The notes under the pieces were generated by a model. The model did no database searches, was not told where the DNA came from, and saw only the letters and a program-made list of their open reading frames with translations. A program made the translations under genes and the position numbers. This document shows, one piece after another, positions 1 to 10,026 of a stretch of DNA of 64,000 nucleotides. Numbering within the stretch: the first letter of the stretch is position 1; each line of letters begins with the position of its first letter. The stretch is from an uncultured Verrucomicrobiae bacterium. GTDB lineage: Bacteria > Verrucomicrobiota > Verrucomicrobiia > Chthoniobacterales > UBA10450. The stretch spans positions 416,001-480,000 of the forward strand of contig CAVYXA010000003.1 in the NCBI GenBank assembly GCA_963772365.1. Direction: 5' to 3'.

Positions 1-374
1 ATGATTTCTTCGTCGCTCATTTTGGCAAGTTGACGCGCGGAGGGCACTGTTCCGTCGATTGTTTTTGCGGCGAGATCCTTGAGCGCGGCAACTTTGTTGC
101 GCGATAAGCCGCAGGCGCGCAATTTTTCATCCGGCGTGGCCAACACAATTTTCGGATCGAGATATTTTCGTGCCGGGTAAAGAGCGCGTACCCGGGCCCA
201 TATCGTGGCCGCGGCCTTACCGCTCAACTGTTGATAAGCGATCGATTCCGCCAGCGCGTCAAACGGTCGGATCGATAGCGAGGGGGTGATCTCGTACCGA
301 CGGGAACGTGCGATCAGCTCCGCCAGCCGGGGATGCGTAGAAGCAATATGCCGGTGGGCATGATCGTGATTCAC
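1..374 (-). CDS. DNA-3-methyladenine glycosylase II (AlkA/HhH-GPD family), 3' end outside window
   Basis: Manual translation from GTG at 374: ...PFDALAESIAYQQLSGKAAATIWARV...LRACGLSRNKVAALKDLA..., typical AlkA-like HhH-GPD segments. Confidence 0.85.
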   Translation of the reverse strand, partial: MNHDHAHRHIASTHPRLAELIARSRRYEITPSLSIRPFDALAESIAYQQLSGKAAATIWARVRALYPARKYLDPKIVLATPDEKLRACGLSRNKVAALKDLAAKTIDGTVPSARQLAKMSDEEI

Positions 375-474
375 GCGGCTCCATACTCTGGCGAATAACA
401 GATGTCGAATTCATCTATTCGACCATTCCGATCATCGTTCTTGCCCGAGCCACTCTTTTCGTTTTCGTGAATAC

Positions 475-1224
475 ATGGAAACGAAACTCACCTGGTATGG
501 CCAATCTGCTTACAAAATCGTGACCCCGGCGGGGAAAGTTCTGCTCGTCGATCCCTGGTTAACAAATCCGGTTTTCGAAAAGGGGAGGGAGGAGGTTTCC
601 TCGCTAAAAAATGTCGATCTTATTTTGCTCACCCATGGGCATTCCGACCATGTAGGCGAAACGGTAGAGATCGGGAAACAGAGCCGGGCAAAACTCGTGT
701 CCACATTCGATTTATCTGCCGCCATGGTTGGCGCACTCGGCTATCCAAAAGAACTGGCGGATATGGAGACGACCGGTCACATGGGCGGCACACTCAAACT
801 GCTCGATGGCGAAGTGGCCGTCACATTTGTTCCAGCGCAGCATGGCGCGGCTGTAATGAAGGACGAGAAATCACCTCCGGTCTATGGCGGAAATCCCACC
901 GGGCTTGTGATTGCGCTGCGCAACGGGCCTACCTTTTATCATACCGGCGATACCGATCTGTTTTCCGACATGACGCTCATCCCGCGCTTTCACAAGATCG
1001 ACATCATGCTGGTTTGCATCGGCGATCATTTCACCATGGGACCGGATCGAGCGGCAGAGGCAGTCAAACTCGTAGCACCGCAGACCGTAATTCCGATGCA
1101 TTACGGGACGTTCCCTGTTCTTACCGGGACGCCGGATGCGTTCAGCCGAGAATTGAAAGAGCGTGGCGCGAAAGCGGAACTGCGCGTGATGAAAGTGAGC
1201 GAAACGATATCGTTGAGCGTCTAA
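475..1224 (+). CDS. Metallo-beta-lactamase-fold metal-dependent hydrolase (UPF0173/UlaG-like)
   Basis: THGHSDH, YHTGDT and IPMHYGTF motifs. Confidence 0.9.
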   Translation: METKLTWYGQSAYKIVTPAGKVLLVDPWLTNPVFEKGREEVSSLKNVDLILLTHGHSDHVGETVEIGKQSRAKLVSTFDLSAAMVGALGYPKELADMETTGHMGGTLKLLDGEVAVTFVPAQHGAAVMKDEKSPPVYGGNPTGLVIALRNGPTFYHTGDTDLFSDMTLIPRFHKIDIMLVCIGDHFTMGPDRAAEAVKLVAPQTVIPMHYGTFPVLTGTPDAFSRELKERGAKAELRVMKVSETISLSV

Positions 1225-1288
1225 CTTGGGCAAAGCGAATCCTCGGCATACAGCCGCGGAAAGGGGATGAGATCGAATCACAGGGACA

Positions 1289-2274
1289 ATGGGGATGGAG
1301 AAAAACGGGACAACGTTCACGCAGATTTTACCAGAGCGAGTATCGAATGCGGCAACCTCTCTTATTGAATCGCTAAAGATCAATTCGGTTTCAGAAGAGA
1401 AGCGGCGCAGCCGGGCGGTCGCGATAAAACGCCGGAATGGCCACAGCCAACAGATCGCCGAAATGCCGAACCTGTATTTCGGCTGGTGCGGATTGCCGAT
1501 CCGATTTTGTAGTAAGATTCAGCATTGGCGACGTTGGGAAATCGATTCCTTCAACATGCTGAATGGTGACAGGTTTCGCGCTCGCTCTTCCGGCCCGCGC
1601 GCCGTCGTGTCGGACAAACTTCCGGGCGAAAGTCTATGGGATCATATGAATCGCGGGACGTTTCGCAGCCTATGCTTGTCGCTGCAGCCAATGCCCTTCG
1701 CCGAGCACATCAATTCTGGAGCGATGAATTTCAGGGGCCGTGGTCGCATGGCGACGCGACAACGACAAATGTCATTTACGACCCAAAAACGCGTCGAGCC
1801 CGGTGGATCGACTTCGAGATCATCCATAAGAAATCAGTTCCCGCGACCGCACGACACGCGGATGATTTGCTGGTGTTCCTTCTCGATATGGTGGGAATTG
1901 TTCCCGGGAGGAAATGGCTGCCGTTCGCGCTCTGTTTTCCGAACGCCTATGGCAACGCCCAGGTCATCCGCGAATTGCGTGGGCAACTGATTCTCACCGG
2001 CGGTCTGGCTTGGATTTGGTGGGGGGTGCGCACGAATTTTACCTCGCCTCCGAAAATCAAGCAACGCCTCGCGGCATTGCGCGATGCGATCAGTAGAACG
2101 GAATTTTACCGGCTCCCTCCCAGGCGGCGGTTCCGCAAAAGTCGCCGGCCTTCAATGATCTGCCAGGTTGCCAATGCGGGAATGCCAACAGCCAGGTCGC
2201 GGCACCGCGCCAGCAAAGAAATCGCGAAAGCGGTGTGGCCGGGGATTCCGAGGACATTGCCGATCACGAGGTAG
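1289..2274 (+). CDS. Hypothetical protein with protein-kinase-like/phosphotransferase motifs; frameshift near 1660
   Basis: ORF 1289 (…DKLPGESLWDHMNRGT) joins ORF 1636 (…RRAH…SHGDATTTNVIYD…WIDFE); HGDxxxxN plus DFE. Confidence 0.5.
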
Positions 2275-3113
2275 CCGCCTTCTTGCACACCGAGTTGGCC
2301 CGGGACAGCGAAAGCCGCGGAGCGAATTGTCATGGCCATGCTTTGGAGCACAAACGCCTTCAGAAATGTCGCATGAGCGCCGAGAGCACGCAGAGCAATC
2401 CAAATTTCGCCAGAGCTGACAACCAGCGAAACGAGTGTCCATGCCCAACACGCCAAGACACCATGCCGGCGCGAGTAATAATTTCGCACAGTTTGATCGA
2501 GTGACTCGCCGCTTTCGACAAGCGATGCCCACTCTTCCGATTTCGTTAGACGCACGATTGTGCGGCTGAGAAACCCAAACATTCCTAATCGTTGAGCGAT
2601 GTAGAAACCAATGATCGCGACAATTCCGACGATTGTGCCGAGCAGGGTCGGCCCCACCAGGCTTGTTCGTCCCGTTGCATCAACGAGCAAGACCAGCCCA
2701 AGAAGCGTTAAGATGCCCTGCATCGGAACGCCGAGAGTAACATCGACAATCACGCTCGCGACGGCGGAGATCATTGGCGTGCCAAAAAGTCCAATCAAAC
2801 GGGCCCGGACGAGATCGCCTCCGATCATTGCCGATGGAACAAGATTGCTGATCGACTCACCGATCCAGCGAGTCCAAAACAGCGTTCGCAACTTTGGGCG
2901 TTCTTCTTTTGGAAACAAAACCCGCCAGGCAAGCGCATCCAGAAAGAGGGGCAGCGAATGGAACACAGCGATGGCAGCGATTCCCCATCCGGCTGTTGCC
3001 AGGGCGTTCCCAACTGCGCCGGCGCCTTGTCGGATCAAAAGGATTGTGAAAAGCGCGGCACCGGCAAAGCCGAGAAGGTAAAGCGTGAGCCGCATTTTGC
3101 CGCGCGCCATCAT
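2106..3113 (-). CDS. Lysylphosphatidylglycerol-synthase TM/flippase-like membrane protein (HpnL-like)
   Basis: Multi-TM protein with GESISNLVPSAMIGGDLVRA and FAVPGQLGVQEGG motifs. Confidence 0.75.
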   Translation of the reverse strand: MMARGKMRLTLYLLGFAGAALFTILLIRQGAGAVGNALATAGWGIAAIAVFHSLPLFLDALAWRVLFPKEERPKLRTLFWTRWIGESISNLVPSAMIGGDLVRARLIGLFGTPMISAVASVIVDVTLGVPMQGILTLLGLVLLVDATGRTSLVGPTLLGTIVGIVAIIGFYIAQRLGMFGFLSRTIVRLTKSEEWASLVESGESLDQTVRNYYSRRHGVLACWAWTLVSLVVSSGEIWIALRALGAHATFLKAFVLQSMAMTIRSAAFAVPGQLGVQEGGYLVIGNVLGIPGHTAFAISLLARCRDLAVGIPALATWQIIEGRRLLRNRRLGGSR

Positions 3114-3132
3114 GGTTCAAGTTGCGGCAAAG

Positions 3133-3156
3133 TGTAGGACAACCCGAGAGGTTGCC
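3133..3156 (+). repeat. GTAG-type REP-like half element
   Basis: TGTAGGACAACCCGAGAGGTTGCC is 19/24 identical to TGTAGGGCAACCGCATCGGTTGCC at 40856-40879. Confidence 0.5.
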
Positions 3157-3308
3157 AAATCAGAGACCGGCCGAAGAAATCGTCGTTATTCTGAGAGCTT
3201 GCTGGAGAAAGCGGAACTCTGCTGAGTTCGTTAACCGTCAGTTCCGGCAGAGCAACCCTTCGTTGCACGAATTTGCGGGCGAGCAGGCGTTAGGGGCGTT
3301 GAGAAATC

Positions 3309-3526
3309 TCACAACAGCATGGCCAAGTGAGTGTGGAACCAGGAAGCGATATGTCGATCAGGGCCGGCCAGCGGATTGGCCAAACCGAGGACTTCGGCAC
3401 TGCCGGGAAGGAGAAGATTGCTCGGAAAAAAATCACGTAAAAAGTAAGCAAGGTTCCTGCTCGGCCAAGTTCCCGAGTTCGAGGAGGCGTTTCCGGTGTC
3501 GAAGTTTCAAAATGACTTCTTGCCAA
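3309..3526 (-). pseudogene. Possible truncated N-terminal remnant of a PAP2-family membrane phosphatase (one frameshift)
   Basis: Joined frames read GTLLTFYVIFFRAIFSF/GSAEVLGLANPLAGPDRHIASWFHTHL*, resembling PAP2 N-termini; no catalytic motifs. Confidence 0.3.
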
Positions 3527-3594
3527 AATCTTTTAATCCGCTACACCGACAGCGACTCGTTCATCCGATTATAGCGTAGAAGACGTCAAAATTT

Positions 3595-4499
3595 ATGAAG
3601 AGGATTCGATTGTTGTTCGCTATCCAGCTTTTTGTGGCGTTTGGTGTCGCTTGCGCGGATCCCGAGAAAATACTTCAGTCCTCGGGCACACCGCAGCCCG
3701 AAGACGAAAACTCGCACGATCTTTTCTATTACGAAACGGCCTACACCCTGGACACGGACTACACCGAATCAAAGCTTGGGCACACGGACTCGCTCTATAA
3801 TGATTTTAGTTATGATCATCGGTTTTTGATAAACGGGAATTGGTATTTTCGCGGTGGAGTCGAATACGAGCGTTTCGATTTCGAGGGCACCAACAATGGA
3901 TTGCCCGATCATCTGCAAGCCGCCTCCGCGCACGTGGCATTGGAATACGTTGTGAAAGATCAAGCGGGGGGAGGTGTGACCTCGATCCGGGTTTTTATTT
4001 CCAAGACAAGATCAGTGGCGATGCTTTCGATTTGCCGTGGAAGATTTTTGGAACAATCCCGCTGAAAAAGAATAAATTCTTTGCTGTCATTGCGTTGGGC
4101 GGCGGTATTTATCAGGATCCGATTGTCGCTCCTGGGGGCGGAATTATCTGGTTGTTGAACGACGCTGTCCGGCTGCAAGCCGTCTTTCCCAAGCCGGCAC
4201 TGATCTACCAGCCGAACGACGATTGGGAATTTAGATTGCTAGGCGAACTGAACATCGCTAGTTTTCGCACGGACGACGTCCTGACGACCGAGAAAAAGCT
4301 TCAATTGCACAATGCAATTGTTCAATACAGTGAGGACCGCGCCGGCTTTCAGGTGGCTTACTCGGGTTTCAAAGCGTTCAAGATCAGCTTGGGCGCTGGT
4401 GCTACGGTGAGGCGGGAATTCGATTTCTTCCGAGCGAATCAAGCCAAGCGAACCGATCCCGCGCCCTACGTCAAAATCGCCGTCGACGCTAAATTCTAG
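3595..4499 (+). CDS. Outer-membrane beta-barrel protein (DUF6268-like); frameshift near 3975
   Basis: Signal peptide, alternating beta-strand pattern, C-terminal Phe (VDAKF); similar to 8282..9208 (LPDHLQ/LPNTLQ, LHNAIVQYSE/LNNAVLTYSE). Confidence 0.7.
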
Positions 4500-4533
4500 G
4501 TTGCCAAAGTTCGCCGTCGCAGCGCTGGGAATT

Positions 4534-4932
4534 CTAGGGAAAAATTTCGTCGAGCTTTCGAGCGAAACTCCGGCTCCCGCGAACTTTAAGGCGGCCAGTA
4601 AAGAAAGCCCAGGTGCCACTGAGGTCGCCATTCGATAGCTCGACCCAGTTTTTATCGCTGGCAATGAATACTACGTCGGGATTGTCGATTCTGCCCCGGC
4701 CCATTTCATATTTGCCATCATTGACCGTAATCCACCATTCACCGCCGTCTGGTCCGCTGAGTTCCCATTGATATCTGATGTGAACGCCTTTCGCCTTTTC
4801 CGGACGGAAACTTTCTTTCATTGCGTCAAACACATTCTGAGGCACCTCCCCGCTGTCCGATTGCGCCCGAATTCCTTCGCAAAAAATCATCCCGGCCATC
4901 ACGGCTGCCATGAAATACGCGGCCCTTTTCAT
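4534..4932 (-). CDS. SCP2 sterol/lipid-binding domain protein with signal peptide
   Basis: GGEWWITVNDG…PDVVF…GDLSGTWAFFTGRLKVRG, an SCP2 pattern. Confidence 0.8.
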   Translation of the reverse strand: MKRAAYFMAAVMAGMIFCEGIRAQSDSGEVPQNVFDAMKESFRPEKAKGVHIRYQWELSGPDGGEWWITVNDGKYEMGRGRIDNPDVVFIASDKNWVELSNGDLSGTWAFFTGRLKVRGSRSFARKLDEIFP

Positions 4933-5023
4933 GATCTGATCCCCTTAGTAAGAGAATCGTTACCGCCAATGCGCATGGTTGTCGACCGAATGCTAAAAGT
5001 TTGCTGATTCAAAACTACGGCCC

Positions 5024-6214
5024 TCATTCCTCGATTCGCTTCAATAAATAGGAAGCGCCGGCAAAGGTAACAATGGCGCCCGCGAGCAGGATGATAAGAT
5101 CGATAAAGTAAAACGGGCTGCCGCATGATACATGTTCACCAGTCGAAAAGCGCGGCAGAAATGGGTCAGCGGAAAAACTCTGAGACATAGCGGATCGCCT
5201 GAGCCGGCAATTGCGCGAGCGGCGCAAATGCGCCAGAAAGAACAAAAACCGGCAACAAAAAGAAAACGGAAAACTGGATTGCCTGGGTTTGGGTGTCGCG
5301 AGATGGCGGAAATCAGAAGCCCGAGTCCGAGCGAGCAAAGCAAGAAGAGAAAACAAATCAAAGCCAGCGCGCCGGGTTGATGGAAGCGGACTTTGAAATG
5401 CAAACCGGCGACGGAGGTGACCATCATGACTAGTACGCAGGAGACGAGGAGATAGGGAAGCATTTTCCCGATCACGATTTCCCGGCGGCGGATGCAGTGA
5501 CCAGCAATTGATACAGCGTCCCGGACTCGCGTTCGCGCGCGATGGTGCAGGCCATCAGCGTGACAGTGAGCAATTGCAGAATTAAACCGATCACGCCTGG
5601 CACGACATAATCGATGAATCGCGATTTCGGATTGTAAAGTTTTTGCGGTCCGTCGTCCACGCCGTCATGAGCGAAACGAACTGTTTACGAATATCGACCG
5701 GGAATTTCTTGCCTAACTGAATGACGTCTTCGGGAAGCGCTTCGAACAAGCCGGTCCCGTTCGTCGGATTGAAACTTGGCCGAGATCCTGTTGCACGGCT
5801 CCATCGACCGCTACGGCGGTGTTCGTATCACTATCATCGAGATAGAGCGGCATCGGGATCGGATCGCCTTTGTTCGAGGCGTCAGTCCAGCCCGCCGGAA
5901 TGACCAGACTTACTTTGACGCCATTTCCGATCAGGTTCGATTCGTCGTCGGAAATTGGCCGGCGCTATTCCTCCATTTAAACGTTTTGTCCTTAACAGAA
6001 TGTCGATGAGATGCGCGGTGCGCGGCGTTTGGTCGCGATCGATCAAAAGCGCGGGAACGTTGGTGAGCTCGGTATTTTCAAACGCGTGTCCAAAAATCAC
6101 CGTGAACAGCGGCGGCAAAACAAGGAGCAAAATCAAAATCCGGCGGTCGCGGTAGATGTGCAGCAGTTCCTTGTAGGCGACGCTGGCAATGGCGTTGAGA
6201 GCTGCAGATTTCAT
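5024..6214 (-). CDS. ABC-2 type transporter permease (YbhR/YbhS-like); several frameshifts
   Basis: Fragments KELLHIYRDRR, YNPKSRFIDYVVPGVIG…IARERESGTLYQLLVT, GKMLPY, FPLTHF in successive frames. Confidence 0.8.
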
Positions 6215-7161
6215 GGCGTCGATGCAGTCAGCACCTCATCATAGCCTTGCGAATAAGCGGTAAAGACGTCTTCCATGTCCGGTTCGACCCAGCGTTCGTC
6301 TAGCAAGCGCAGATCGGGAAACGGCCAATTGGTTTTCCATCTCTCGATCAATTTTTCCGGTTCGGCGGTATAGATGCGGGCCGAACCGCTTCGGAGCGAG
6401 ACGCCCAGGATCTCCGGGACCGAGCGCAGGCGGACGAGAGCGGGCATTACAGGATCGACATCGATCTCGAGAAGTTTGCTGCGAAAACTCGATTTCAAGG
6501 CCCGAGGCGAAGCTTTGGCCAGGAGACGTCCGTCATGAAGAAAACCGACTTCTGTGCAACGCTCCGCCTCGTCCATGTAATGAGTCGTGACAAAAATCGT
6601 TTTCCCGGCATCGCCCAAATCGTAGAGCAAATTCCAAATCAAATGCCGATGAACAGGATCGAGTCCGGATGTCGGCTCATCGAGAAACAACAGGGGAGGA
6701 TCGTGGACGAGCGCGCAAGCCAGCGAGAGCAATTGTTTCATTCCGCCTGAAAGACTCCCAGCGAGTTCGCCGCGCTTTTCTTCCAAATCTGTCAACTTGA
6801 ACAACCGCCGGACTTGGTTCTCGATCTCAGAAGGCGGGACCCGACAGGCCCCGGCGAAGAAGCGCAGGTTTTCCTCAACCGTCAGATCGGGATACAAACT
6901 GAAACGCTGTGCGACGTAGCCAAATTTTGAGCGGACTGCGACGTCGTTCCTGCCAGACGTCGTGTCCGGCAATTCGGGCGGTTCCGCGCTGGGATGCGTC
7001 AGGCCGCACAACATCCGGATGGTGGTGGTTTTGCCGGCCCCATTGGCGCCAAGGAAACCGAAAATTGTGCCGGCCTCGATAGACAGAGAAAGATTCCGCA
7101 CAGCTTGGATCTCGCCGAAGCTCTTGTTCAGCTCATTTAACACAATCATCGGCTCATTCAT
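6211..7161 (-). CDS. ABC transporter ATP-binding protein (YbhF-like)
   Basis: GANGAGKT, LSGGMKQ, LDEPTSGLD, TTHYMDEAE; two compensating indels near 6940-6990 (alternative frame GTARIAGHDVWQERR). Confidence 0.92.
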   Translation of the reverse strand: MNEPMIVLNELNKSFGEIQAVRNLSLSIEAGTIFGFLGANGAGKTTTIRMLCGLTHPSAEPPELPDTTSGRNDVAVRSKFGYVAQRFSLYPDLTVEENLRFFAGACRVPPSEIENQVRRLFKLTDLEEKRGELAGSLSGGMKQLLSLACALVHDPPLLFLDEPTSGLDPVHRHLIWNLLYDLGDAGKTIFVTTHYMDEAERCTEVGFLHDGRLLAKASPRALKSSFRSKLLEIDVDPVMPALVRLRSVPEILGVSLRSGSARIYTAEPEKLIERWKTNWPFPDLRLLDERWVEPDMEDVFTAYSQGYDEVLTASTP

Positions 7162-7231
7162 TTGCGAAACTCTTATTGCGATGAGGCGAACGGATTTGCA
7201 ACCATCAGCCGCCAACGATTAGTTAACCGCT

Positions 7232-8285
7232 ATGCGACTTCCTTTCATCCCATTCCCGCTCGCCCGCAACACCATAGCCTTCGGCGGATGCTGTTTGCTT
7301 CTGCTTGTAAATTCGACGCTCGCTGCCGATCCGGTGGCTGATATGGCGAACTTTTCCGTGTTCGGTAAGATCGACATCAATGAGTTAGCGACAAGTGATG
7401 TGAAGACGACGCCCGGCCCGCCGATGGGTGGACGTTCTCTCTCCGTGCAAAGCTGTTACATCATGCCGGGCTCGCCGGCGCAACAAATGGAAGCACTGCG
7501 TCATTGGAACCCGCTCAGGCATCGAGAACTGAAGGTTTTTCTGCACGGCGATCTGCCGGGCTCGCCGAGCCCTCCAATTTTTCGAAATTGAAAAATGCGC
7601 CTGATAACAGCCCGGTAAACGCTTTCGTGACCGCAACAAAAGAGCACAAGACCGAACTGCAAATGAGCAAGGAAGAGGCGAAAAAACTTCCGGCGGGGCA
7701 TCCGACGGCGGGACCATGCCAGCGGCCGTCGTCAGTTTTTGGAGCGATCTGTCTGGCTGGACGAACGAAGAATTTCGTCTCCGGCGGGACGGCGGCGCAG
7801 AGCCGCCATACAATTTCGGCGGGGAAACGATTTCGGTCCAAACGAGGAAGTCAATGCCCTGTTCAAACAGCAGGACAAGATTCGAAAACAATTCTCCGGT
7901 TTGCTCGGTCAAAGCAGGAATCGGTCACGGCGCTGGCTCTTCAACACCCGAGCTGTATTGGGAGCTTCTCGATGTCGATGATCAAGGGGTCGTGACTTTG
8001 GGTGCCTCTTACAACAAAGCCGCCGGCAATGGAGCTTATCAATCTGCGGATGTTCTTTATTACGCAAGCGGCGGGTACTACGTTTCTATTACGCTTTACC
8101 AAATGTGGCCGGTTACGATACAAGGCAAGGCTTCCACTTTGGTGTGGCGTGGCGATATGATCTCTTCCGCTTCGCTGGGCTCACTGCATGGAGTGGAACG
8201 GCTCGCCTCCGAATCGGCCATGATGAAAGAAATTAGCAAAGCGGTCGCATTGTTTCGCAAAGACACCGCCCGACAGTCGAAATGA
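7232..8285 (+). CDS. Secreted hypothetical protein; several frameshifts
   Basis: Signal peptide (…LLLVNSTLA/ADP); continuous protein-like sequence across ORFs 7232, 7504, 7739 and 7716; ATGA overlap with next gene. Confidence 0.6.
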
Positions 8286-9208
8286 AGAATTTTTCATATC
8301 GACTTTTTTGGACCGGTGCTGTCCTGTTTTTTTCTGCGACGTCGTCGATGTTCGCGCAGAAAGAAGTAATCACTTCTTCCGCAGCGGAGGATTCGAGTTC
8401 TTTCGGGCCGTTAAGCGGCGAGTACCTTCTGGAAGAAACCTATGTAGGCGAAGCGGATGTCCGGCGCGGCCATCGGGTCGTCAACGATTTCGACGAGAGT
8501 AATTCGATCTTGCGTTTCATCTTCACGCCTCGAACCAGCCTCGGCGTTTTGCGTCTCGGCATGGAATGGGAGCGGTTCTCTTTCGGTTTCCCTTCCTTCA
8601 CGCAACTCCCAAATACGTTGCAATCCTTCAATCTCGTCCTCGGTGCGGACACGCAGTTTTCGGACTCCATTCTCATCCGCTTCGAGGCCGCGCCTGGATT
8701 TTATGGCACGAATCACGTAACGGGAGACACTTTCGACGTGCCGTTCCTTGTTGGCGGAACCTACATCTATAATCCGAATGTTCAGTTTGTTGTGGGGGTG
8801 AGCGTGGATGCGGAACGCAAGTATCCGGTCCTTCCGGGCGCCGGATTGCGGTGGAGATTGCATCGACAATGGGTGCTCAACGCGGTGCTCCCGACACCGC
8901 GGCTAGAATATGATCCAACCAACACCCTGGAACTCTATTTTGGCGCGAACATTAAGGAGACAAGCTTTCGCGTGGATGATTTTTTCGGGCAGAGTCATCG
9001 GATCCCCAAACTGAACAACGCGGTGTTGACCTATAGCGAAATCAGAGCTGGAGTGGGATTCGATTGGAAGATTTGCTCGATTGCTACATTCAGTGCCGAG
9101 GCTGGCTATCAGCCCTATCGAGTGTTTGATTTCTATCGGGCCGATGTTCGCTATCACGAAAATGGCAGCGCACCGTACGGAATGATCTCGCTGCACGGCG
9201 CATTCTAG
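8282..9208 (+). CDS. Outer-membrane beta-barrel protein (DUF6268-like)
   Basis: Signal peptide, aromatic-rich beta strands, C-terminal LHGAF. Confidence 0.75.
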   Translation: MKNFSYRLFWTGAVLFFSATSSMFAQKEVITSSAAEDSSSFGPLSGEYLLEETYVGEADVRRGHRVVNDFDESNSILRFIFTPRTSLGVLRLGMEWERFSFGFPSFTQLPNTLQSFNLVLGADTQFSDSILIRFEAAPGFYGTNHVTGDTFDVPFLVGGTYIYNPNVQFVVGVSVDAERKYPVLPGAGLRWRLHRQWVLNAVLPTPRLEYDPTNTLELYFGANIKETSFRVDDFFGQSHRIPKLNNAVLTYSEIRAGVGFDWKICSIATFSAEAGYQPYRVFDFYRADVRYHENGSAPYGMISLHGAF

Positions 9209-9224
9209 CTCGGCGGTTTCGATC

Positions 9225-10010
9225 TCAATACAAGTCGCGACGGCGATGATCGAACACGCGAATGCGCGAGCGGACATCATCAACTACTTCCTTTGAAATA
9301 TCTGCATAGATGATCTCTTCGCGGTCGACGGAGGCGCCGGCGACAATCGCACCGTGAGGATCGACAATCACCGACGAACCGCAAAGCGTTACGCCGTCAT
9401 CCGTGCCGACGCGATTGGCCACAATGAGATAACATTGGTTTTCAATCGCGCGCGACAGGGCGAAAATGCGCAAATGTTCGATTCGCACCCACGGCCAGGC
9501 CGACGAAATGATGAATAGATTTGTTTTCTGTTCGACCGCCAGTTTGCGCCAGATTTCGGGAAATCGGAGGTCGTAACAAATCGCGAGTCCGGCAATGAAG
9601 TTGTCGATGTTACAACTCGCGAACTCGTTGCCTGCGGTGAACACCGGGCGTTCGTCGAGGGGCGCGGCGGTGACGAGGTGAGTTTTGCGATATTTCGCGA
9701 GCACTTTGCCTTCAACGTCGACAATGACCTGAGCGTTGTAAATGCGCTCGCCTTCGCGCTCCGAGACGCCGCATACGATCGCGAGCGATATTTCCTTTGC
9801 GATCTCTTGCAGAACCGGCACAGCGCCTTCCTTCCATGTCGCCGCATGTTTTTCGATCGCCGGCATCGAATAGCCGGTATCCGTCATTTCCGGAAAGACG
9901 ATTAACTCAGCGCCGGCTTGCTTGGCGCGTGCTGCGAATTCGCGCACCTTCGCCAGATTTGCGGCGCGATTGCCCGATTCACAGGAAATTTGGGCAGCGG
10001 CGACTCTCAT
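9225..10010 (-). CDS. Carbon-nitrogen hydrolase (nitrilase/Nit family)
   Basis: Glu-Lys-Cys triad: VFPEM, YRKTHL, ICYDLRFPE; RAIENQ. Confidence 0.93.
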   Translation of the reverse strand: MRVAAAQISCESGNRAANLAKVREFAARAKQAGAELIVFPEMTDTGYSMPAIEKHAATWKEGAVPVLQEIAKEISLAIVCGVSEREGERIYNAQVIVDVEGKVLAKYRKTHLVTAAPLDERPVFTAGNEFASCNIDNFIAGLAICYDLRFPEIWRKLAVEQKTNLFIISSAWPWVRIEHLRIFALSRAIENQCYLIVANRVGTDDGVTLCGSSVIVDPHGAIVAGASVDREEIIYADISKEVVDDVRSRIRVFDHRRRDLY

Positions 10011-10026
10011 GATTACGAAGTCGATA

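Noticed and set aside
2106..2274. 169-bp antisense overlap between the kinase-like ORF and the HpnL-like gene
   Set aside because: The overlapping tail looks like run-on through the opposite gene's coding strand and may reflect a lost stop or indel; no evidence of function.
1289..8285. Decaying island suggested by multiple broken ORFs
   Set aside because: Same indel pattern, including compensating shifts inside the ABC ATPase; treated as sequence error.
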